DNA of 61,764 nucleotides, counting the filler, from Sluysia triapertura (Eukaryota): assembly GCA_046118255.1 (NCBI GenBank). It is 5 parts of 5 records of this genome, joined end to end, with 100 filler letters (N's around TTAATTAATTAA, not from the genome) between each part and the next. Parts side by side here need not be neighbours in the genome. Positions count along the whole stretch, not along the records: positions 48,254 to 61,764 come from JBJNIA010035706.1; 4 more parts are not named here. One strand, 5' to 3'. Each line of letters opens with the position of its first letter. Within the stretch, counting starts at the first letter, position 1. The notes under the pieces were generated by a model. The model saw only the letters and a list, made by a program, of their open reading frames with translations, was not told the origin of the DNA and did not search any database. This document shows, piece by piece, positions 52,269 through 61,764 of the stretch. The position numbers and the translations under genes were made by a program.

Positions 52269-55200
52269 AAACGAAACACTTGCATTAATAACATTAAAAT
52301 TAATTATTTTATATTATAAATTTTTTTTATTTGTTTTAAAAATTTAAATTAATTTTCTAAATTTTTTGCAATTTTTTAAACGAAAATATAACTTTGACGT
52401 TGAAACAGTGAGTGCACAGTACAGAAAGAAATTTCTGTTATATTCATTGGTGCTACACTTATTGATTTTAAAGCACATACAAATTTATTTTTTGTAGGTA
52501 TTATGAAATTTTCAAAATCAAATTTATTCTTAATACTTTTATTTTAGATATGTAGTATTATTATATTAATAATAATTTGTAAATATTTAGATAAATCAAA
52601 ACAAGTTCCAAAAACAAAAAACAAAGGAAAATGTTTGCAATTTAATGTCTTCAATTTTATTATGAAAATGATTAATTGAACATATCCCGCGTAAGTTATG
52701 CATATTAATGATTTTTAAATATTTAGATAAAAAACAAGTTCCATGAACAAATCCACCATAGAAGGGAATATGGTTGCAAAAAAAATATAAGTTATTTGTT
52801 AAATATAAGTTATGAAAATAATCATTAATTTAATTTTTTGTAAGATTTAACACTATAATTCTCATCGATTTAAGAATTATAGAACCTTTTGATTAATGAT
52901 TACTTTCGATGAAATGCTTTGATAACCCCCTTTTAAACCGTTAAACTAATTTTAAAATAAAATTAATAATAATTAATAAAGGTTGAAAAAGGTATAAAAT
53001 GATGGAGGTTAAATCTCCAGGAAATAAGGAAAATTCTAAATAAGATAGATTCTCGCAAAATGGTTTGTCGTAAAACATACGTTCTACTAAAAATTAGTCC
53101 CATTAAACTGAATATTGAATAATTTTCATATAATATAACTATATTTCGTGTATCAAATGTTCGCTTATCTATGTACTTGAATATTAATTTTTAAAATATT
53201 TATGAAAATTTAAAAATAAATAAGACGTACTTTAAAATCCAATAATCCAGAAATGATTAAAATTTTATAATTTTAAAATCCATAAATTACATATTAGTTT
53301 ATGAAAAACAATTAAATAAAACATGAACAAACAATAGTTAATGAAATATCAAAAACCGTAATATGAATAATATAAATAAATCATAATAACACACTATCAC
53401 ATATATAACAAGAAAAATGTGACAAACTAATTATTATTATTATTACTACATAATATTATAATAAACAATTATTTTAATGATTCTATTATTCCAGTAATTG
53501 CAATTTTATGTTATTAATCACATGTCATCTTTCTGAGAATTTGTTATTTTATTGTTTATTTTAACGTTACTATAAATAAATTGCCAAAAATAAAAACAAA
53601 CAATAATTTTAACTTTTAATTATATATTTGTTTTACAATTAAAATTTACACTCAGAAATTTCTAATTAAGTGGTGTTTTTTAAACTTTCATATTTAATGA
53701 CAAATTTTTATTTTTACCGAATGATTGATTAAATTTATAATAAAAATACGACATCTTATAATTAAGTTACTATTATTACATTCTAAACAATGTAGTTATT
53801 TTACAAAAGCATATAACCCTACTAATGATGATTAAATTTTCGTAATGAAAAGTGTAAATTTGCGACTAATTTTCGGTAATATAAAACGGTATAAAGATGA
53901 TATATAATAATAAAACATAATAAAATATAAAAATGGTCTTTGTGATGTTGCATTTATACCAATTATATTAAATTGATATTCAGTGTTTATATTTCTATAT
54001 TTATTTGTTGGTAAAAAGATCATCTGATTGGTACACATTAAAGTCCAAAATATGCAGTATATACGATTTAGGTTTCTTTTGATCAAAAAGAATACATTAG
54101 ATGTCTTGATAAACATTATGATTCTTCTTGTTCCCAATTTCAAAATATTTAAATTAAGGTTAACATTAATTCAAACTTATTATTATAAAATCAATTTTAT
54201 ATTATTTTTGTATTAGTCGATATTTTTAATTTTAAAATAAAATATAACTCTAAAATATTATAAGATATTGAATTTGAATTAAAGTGTTATAAAATCATAC
54301 ATTCCACGTAATCATCTCTATACTTTCATTGCACATTAATAGTCAACTTCTAATATATAATGTTTTGATCATACCAATTATGTTTAAATTTTTTTTTAGA
54401 ACCACAAAAAATAAAAATCAATCAATAATAAAAAGTGAAAATGATAAGTTAGAATAACAAAGTCAAATGATAAAGTAATAAAAATAGTGCAGGTTAATAA
54501 GTAAAAATCGTAATAATCATGCATAAGTAACTAACTTTTAAATATTGTTATTAACAATAACTGCGGTAATAAATTTATTAGTTGAGTCAACTCTGAGTCA
54601 GACAGGGAACTATTGGTTAAATGGTAATCCAAGAACCGGATATGATTATTTATTCACTTGCTTTATTCATCGCTTCATTTAAATTGTTGATCATTATAAC
54701 GTTACTAATGAAAAACAACTGACTCACTGATTATTCATTAACAAACAATATAGCAATAATAATAAGTGCAACATTTATTTATGAAAATTTGAGCAACGTG
54801 AAGCATTTGATAAAAAAATGAATCACGGAATGTTTATTCGAATTTAAATATCTTTTTGTGTCAATTCAATAAAACGAATTTCAGACCTAGTTTTGTTGTT
54901 TAGAAGACTGAAAGTAAACAGCATAATTATTATCGTTTCAATCTTGTCTGATTAATAATTTGCTAATTAACGATGAACTAAACGATAATGAAACTACATC
55001 TGATTATGATAAATATTTGAATAAAACTTATTTGGTCTTATCACATTATTGATTATGAAAGTTTTGATGCCATAGAAGGGTGCCAGTATTACTTCTGCAT
55101 GTATGTATTTTATTCTTTTATTTTAGTTACTTTTTTCTTTAATATAAGATCATTTGTTAATTTAGTTATATTGTTTAGATTAAATTTTGCATGTTTTTTA

Positions 55201-55699
55201 AAGACCTTCAGCCTAAGTTAATTGTTCATAATTATCAAAAAATAATAAAAATTTTCTTTAAATTTCATGTTTTTAATTTTCAAAAAAAGATGAAATTTTT
55301 AATGTACTTAGAACCATAAAATATATAAAACCCTCTACATTTAGGAATCAGTTATCATCTAAAGATTCTAAATTTGTTAATTTTAAAAACTTTCCAAACA
55401 GGATACAAGGTAGTAAAGGAACAGTACATAATTTTTATTTGATTTAAAACAATTATCAAATTAAGCGTAAAGTTTTATACATGAACAGAAAATCGAATTA
55501 CTGAAAAGTTTATTGATAGGTTTAAAAAGCCAATAAGAACACAACTTTTAATGTTAGATTTAACTAATTTAGACGATTTAGTACAGAAAATACAAGAATT
55601 ATGCATAAGTCTAATACATTCGTAGTGATAAACAAATGAATAACTTTTGGAATAATCAAAATAATTTTAAATATAATTGTGTTGAGGGCAAAAAATTAC

Positions 55700-55985
55700 T
55701 TAACTCGAATATATTAATTGTATATTTATTATTTTTTTGAAACGTTTAATAATTAAATTACAAACATTAATCAAAAACAAATTATTAAATATTAATTTTA
55801 AAATTACAAAAGAAATAGACTTAAGGCCTGTAACAATTAACAAATTTAAAACAATAACGAAGTATGATCTTATAATGAAGTTGAAACATAACAAATAAAG
55901 AAAAAGTATAAACACAGTTATTAATAACCCTAGCAGTACTATAATCGAGATTCCTGCTTTTATTTCTGCATAACCATAGCAATAA
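55700..55985 (-). pseudogene. hydrophobic fragment of the GLK[PS] family
   Basis: KAGISIIVLLGLLITVFILFLYLLCFNFIIRSYFVIVLNLLIVTGLKS. The nucleotide core cttaaggcct is shared with about 11800 and 38043. Confidence 0.35.
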
Positions 55986-56089
55986 TAAAAGATGGTATAA
56001 AATTTATGATAAAATACATGTTTAATCTCGATACTGATATAGTAAAAAATGGTTCAGACAGGGTAAAATTGAAAATTATTAATTCGCCA

Positions 56090-56759
56090 TCATTAACAAG
56101 TTTCTTAATAAGCTTTTCAGATAGAATGTTCTTATCTGCGAAACTATACATATAAACTAGTTTTGTACATTTTACCAAATACATTCTTATTATACATTCA
56201 TAGCGACGAATAAAAGATTTAGTAAATATTAAATTGCTTTCCCTTACTGCTTGTAAAGCACCGAAAGGGTTAGTAGCAATTAATTTTTTAACAAATATCA
56301 AAGACATATCTAAATTTTTCGTAATATCGCCTATATTTACACACCACTTTTCTTTAAGCACATCGTTTATTTGTAATATGAATCTAATATATGAAGAGTA
56401 CATTAAAATATTATTTATTAATTGTAGATTATTAACACGAAATAACATATTACTAACACATGATTCAATAATCTTTAAATTAACTTCTAAAGTATTAGAT
56501 AACACGAGTAATGCAAGTTTGTGATTTTGGAGTTCTAATTCTTCATAAATTTTTTTTCTAATTCATCAGGAGTTAAAACACTTTTACCATCTAATGTGTA
56601 GAACAGCTTTAACTTGATACCAGATATCAAAAAATTTATTGTATCAATAAAATTTCTTTCGCTTAATTTATTAATTGATGAGACTTCTTGCACTCTCTTA
56701 AAATCAGAGACTAATATCTTAATTTCATAATGATAGTATTCTGCCTTATCTGATATCAA
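56090..56759 (-). pseudogene. UFL1: E3 UFM1-protein ligase 1 N-terminal fragment, frameshifted and truncated
   Basis: EIKILVSDFKRVQ...KLSERNFIDTINFL...YTLDGKSVLTP matches UFL1 EIRRLAADFQRAQ...RLSERNCIEIVNKL...HTLDGKEYITP. After a frameshift in the A8 run (56550-56557) it continues INDVLKE...LIFTKSFIRRY (cf. VNDKLQE...VIFTEAFVARH). Confidence 0.9.
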
Positions 56760-56982
56760 CGTTGTAACAAATCAAACATGATATTTAATAAATTCATCAC
56801 TAAATTTTAACACTTCTGATTCTGCGGCAAAAATTTCTTTTCCGACGTGAAGTATTATACTTATCGTGACTATCGATTTTTTAATCTTTAAAATAATTTT
56901 TGTAATAACTTTATGACCAATTCAAACATTTAGTACCGTTTATAGTTGTAGATTTTATACCAGTATAACTTGTAAAGGTGAA

Positions 56983-57400
56983 TCAATCCACAAAACATAT
57001 TTCAAGATTTCCAGTAGAAACAATATAAAACTGATAATACTCCATATCGTAATTAAGTGCTAGTAATTCGATTTTATACAAACTGTCCGATTTTAAATTT
57101 GATATAAATAATGAATATCCAAAATTATTGACAATTTCATAATCTTTACAGACATTTGGCAACTTTGGTACAGTTTTCTTAGTTAATAAAATATATCTAC
57201 AATGATTATTGTCTAAATTTATAATGTTTATTGAGTATTCATTTGTGTTGTCTTTATTAAATTCCACAATAATATTGTCATAATTTGCACGCACATTATA
57301 GAAATTTGTCAATTTCCTAGTAGTGCTTCCTCTTTCTGTGCAGTTCAACGAAGTAAATATATTATCTTGGTCAATATTCGTTAAACATATATGATTTCTT
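56983..57400 (-). CDS. fibronectin type III-like domain ORF or relic
   Basis: SLFISNLKSDSLYKIELLA fits the FN3 signature .ITNLKP.T.Y...V.A. Gene boundaries are unclear. Confidence 0.45.
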
Positions 57401-58725
57401 TAGTTTTTACTTAAGTAATTTCAAATGATATTAGTACTTCTTAAATTATAATTTCACAGTAAAACATGCTTTAAAACATCATTTTGCATCCACATGATAA
57501 TAATTGTGATAAAATATATATGTAAAGTTTTATTATATAAAGTTTTATAATCATGTGTTGTTTTTTTTAAATATTAAAATTCAAGTAAAACATTTTAAAT
57601 GCGATATTATAAATAAAATATTAATGTACTAATATACTAGTGATTATTGTACTTTTAGAGATACATGTTGAAACCAAATTTTTAGGTCGAAGAATGGCTA
57701 AAGACTTAAATCGTCATATTGAATTGAGGTTGTTGAATTTAATATTTCTTTTACAAAAATAATTGGTGAATAAAGGATAAATGTCAACATAAAAATGGAA
57801 AAATGTAAAGAAAATTTATGAAGGATAGTTAAAGAGAGAAACAACATAGTTAAGATGCTAAAAGAAATTCCATTGGGTCCGTTTTCAGTGAACGACTTAT
57901 GAAGTGGGCGTTTTAAAATCTTTAAAATCACTTTAAAATCTTAACGTTAATAATGCGCGATTTTGCACTTCGGTGTGATATTAAAGAATTGTTAATAGGT
58001 ACTATGTAAATGTTGGTAAACGAAAAAGGAGTTATTCATCTACTTTAACATGGATCGCTATTTGTGTTATTTATTTGGGTTAATATGCTTTAAGTGTAAC
58101 AACAGTATTAAATATTAATATTTTTTCCGACCTTGAGTTGACAAAATTTAACAACTCTAAAATAATTCTGCAATATTTTTCTTTTATTTTCATCTAAATA
58201 AAATGGTTTTTCCTTGTAACAAGTATTTATCTTTCCGAACAATTTCAAAATTCGAATTGATAAATTTTAAGCTCATTTTATGTTGTTCGAATACTTTAAA
58301 AATGATTTGTTTCACTGGAAGTCACTATTGGTCTTTAAATCTCTAATATTTGTGCGATCAAGTCTACCTTTGCACATGCTTTAACATTTCTGCATATTAT
58401 GCTGCTGAGACTACTGTTTTCCAACAATTTTTAATGACAAATTTATGGAAATGTTGAAAAATTTTATGAAATTAAATAAATAGAATGCTATTTTTAATAA
58501 GACATTGAATATTTCTCCCTCTAAATATATTTAAAAAACTATTTAGAATAAGGTACCAACTTCATATTATATGTAAATAATCAAATGTACTTAACCAAGT
58601 TAAGTATTAAACGCAATTTCTATTATAATGAAATATGTTGAATAATGTTAATAGGGAATAAAATTTTTTAAAACATTGTTCGAGATAGGTTTACAAAATT
58701 ATGGATTTATATTACGTAAAATAAC

Positions 58726-58975
58726 CCGTAGCAGGATCTGTAGCTGATTGCTTGAGAGCTTCTCTTTGTAACCGACATGCTTCTTTACAATCAAGCAAAT
58801 TCACCTCTTTACTTAATCGCATACGTGCATGTGCTTCAGCAAGTCGCTTCAAAGATTCTAATTGCCTTGGATAAGTAGTAACATGACCTGAATTAGACCC
58901 AACTTTTCGCATTTCTAAATACTGTGACCTCAAAAATGAAGCAGCAGGTTGACTTAGTACTGGATGAATGTGAGC
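58726..58975 (-). CDS. MCM4: MCM4 replicative helicase subunit, single internal exon (arginine finger region)
   Basis: tttag|AHIHPVLS...YLEMRKVG...[23 protein letters not shown]...[17 protein letters not shown]|gttatt. [11 protein letters not shown] is diagnostic of MCM4. Confidence 0.92.
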
Positions 58976-59402
58976 CTAAAATTAAATTTCATTTCTTATA
59001 TAATATTTCTTAGTCGCTAATTTTCTATTCTAGGAACAAATTTCTAACAAGCAATATTTAACAAATAATTACTAATCGGATATAAATATTTTTTAAGTTA
59101 ATTAAACTAAATATTTATAATCTTTGATATCCAATGTAATACTATTAAAATTGAAATTATATACAAAAGATTTTTCTCTTGAGAATCATTCTTAAATTCC
59201 ACTAATAGTACATTCTTAATATTATTAAATACGTTTATAACCCCAAACTATTAAAATTTTAAATTTTCTTGTTATGCTTACATAAATACAAATTGAATAC
59301 TTAAATAAAAACAGTTATAAATATTATACAAAATTATACGTATTTGTTCTTTAATTATTGTAATGTTTGATTGTGATGAAAAACTTATTTGAATTATCTT
59401 AA

Positions 59403-59473
59403 CACACTATGAGCGGGGCGGGTATTATTACCCGTTTTATGAACTGTTATTCTAAATACCCGCTCATAATGTG
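59403..59473. mobile_element. 71-bp piggyBac-like MITE with TTAA flanks
   Basis: TTAA|CACACTATGAGCGGG ... CCCGCTCATAATGTG|TTAA, a 15-bp TIR with one mismatch. Confidence 0.8.
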
Positions 59474-61635
59474 TTAATAATGATTAATAACTATTACTCA
59501 CTTTGCGGTATTCGTAAATTTCAAGTAAATAAAACTTACTTTTAATTTTCTTTAACTTATTCTGATTTAATTCTATAATCAAAAATTTCAATATGTTGTC
59601 TATGGTTCGGTGATGTTTAAAACCTTCATATAAAGTCTCTATCCAAAAAATCGCATTTCTAACTTTTGTCTGATATAAGAGAAGGAAGTACAAATGAAAT
59701 CTAAATTTTTTCTCAAAACAAAAACATGAGTCAAACTAATGAAGGTTTATTAAAGTGACAATGCTTACAAAAAATCTTTAATTTATAAGTTATTGTACTT
59801 TTAGGATATCGTATTTATAAATTCACTTCAGACCAAAACAATATTTAAAACAAATTTTCGGATTAAACAAATATCAAAATAATTCTGAACCAATATCCAA
59901 AATGATTTTTTATATTGAATCAATATTCAGTTAGTAATCAAAATTTTTGTTTCTGCAATAAAAAGTACATAGCCCGTTGCAGCCAAAAATTCATTTGGTT
60001 ATATTCTATAATAATTTTTCATAATCAATTCTTTTCTATAATTAATCTAGTTATATAGCTAATTTTGTTCTATAATAAAATTCCACATATTTTTTACCTC
60101 TATAGTGCCAATTTTCCTCATAAAATAGTTAATGATATTCTGCAATATATAGCTACATTTTCATCAGCTTTATTTATTTATTTTATATATTATGGTTATA
60201 TATTTACATATAGTGTATTTACATCCACATTAATTTTCTTCTGTGACTATATATTATAGCTATTTTACATCCGCCTTCGTGTCGTCACTTTTATAGTGTT
60301 TTCTGCATCTCTAATCTTCCTTATTTTTCTTTCATTATTTTTTGAAATAATTTATCAATTATTTCTTTTCCATTTCCAGATTTCTAATGTTATTGAATAA
60401 AGTTATTTTAATGTTAAAGTTATTTCTTTAATCAACAAGAAATCATTTTATGTTAAAACATTTTATTTTTTTACTTTTGCATTTATTATGATTTTTAGTT
60501 CTAATCATGATTTATAGAAATTATAGGAATTATAGAAATTACTTAATAAAATCTTTATGACATTTTACATTGAATGACTACTCTTCGAACTATCACTATT
60601 TCTACCAAAGCTGTCACGCCACCTTTAAACATTTTAATTTGAAATTATTTTCTAAGTTTAACTACTTTTTCTCAATTCATGTTTTGGCTTCGTATAATAC
60701 TTGTTAAATTTATTTAGCGGTATAATTTTCCTTCATCTCATCCTAGATCTAAATATACGTACCTGGTATACAAATAGGCATACAGAAAATCGTGTTAAAC
60801 AATGTTTAGTAAAATAGTAATAAACCCTTTTCAAGTAAATATAATTTGGACGAACCTCTTGAGTCTAAGAATGCTGACAATAATAGTTGCATAATGGCAT
60901 AAATGACTTAACTTGAGTTTCCATAAATACTTATTATTTTGGTGTCATTACGCAGACGTATCAGTAGCACAAATGACCAATGATATTCCGGAGATTCTTA
61001 ATCACTTAAGTTATTATTTTATATTATAATTTATTTATAGGTATACACTGTATTGTATTATTATTTTGAAATTGAAAATTTGTCACAATATATTTGTTGT
61101 CTTTTGATTTAAAACAAATATTGGGTCATCGCAAATGTTTAATAACCCAAGCGAATCAAAATTAAAGAATTAAAAATGAACTAAGATAGAAGAAATATTC
61201 CAGTTTTAATAAAACTGGAGGTGTTAGTAACAACATCGCTAATTAACGATAATTTAGAAGATTTGAACAATTAGAGTTGTGGTGGTTCAATCCATAACGT
61301 ATAATTTTGTTATTTCAACAGCGCATAAACAACTCGTACTTCACAAAATATAAAAAATATCTAATTTTAATAATTTCTAATCATATTCAATTCATCAAAT
61401 TCATTTTGTAATTACACATACTCAGATCATTGAATATTACGTTGCATATTTTGTATTTCGAACCTTACACAACTATTTAATTCGCAGCATTATTCATTAA
61501 AACATTTCGGTTTCAAATAATAAATAAATAATAATAAATTACGTGGCATAAAATTTTTGGTATGCTTTAATTATAAGTTTAAAATATTAAATAATCATCT
61601 TTTAAAATAAATTTTTGTTAGTTACAGTTTGTTTA

Positions 61636-61715
61636 TTCAGAAATATTATGGTGAATGATTTACCTTAAGCGCTTTGAGTACTTTCGTAGTAGATATGAGC
61701 GCAATATAAATTAAT

Positions 61716-61764
<49 letters not shown>
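61636..61764 (+). repeat. short dispersed repeat, copy 3 of 3, ending in a long (TAT)n tail
   Basis: Near-identical to 11891-11965, followed by (TAT)n to the window end. Confidence 0.85.

Overview
This is very AT-rich eukaryotic (metazoan) nuclear DNA. It consists of about five unrelated scaffolds joined by artificial 100-nt spacers (44 N + TTAATTAATTAA + 44 N), so adjacency across spacers is meaningless. The standard genetic code is used and several introns are only 34-44 nt, which suggests a compact, probably parasitic invertebrate genome (an orthonectid such as Intoshia is a guess, not shown). Intact-looking host genes are: three exons of PSME4/PA200, one ARID2 exon, a complete three-exon RPS5 carrying a C/D-box snoRNA in intron 2, a calmodulin-like 5' gene part, and one MCM4 exon. 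The rest is a graveyard of disrupted copies of conserved genes (RhoA, KDM1B/LSD2, UFL1, STT3, a CCCH finger) and transposon remains (mariner, pogo, hAT MITE, piggyBac MITEs, Gypsy pol, several dispersed repeats). The three most notable items are (1) a near full-length decayed chuvirus-like glycoprotein gene at about 27.8-29.5 kb, (2) a dispersed family of STT3-derived membrane-protein fragments, twice sitting directly behind truncated copies of unrelated host genes, and (3) the intronic snoRNA with a readable 18S target. All homology calls come from manual translation and recalled motifs; no database search was run.
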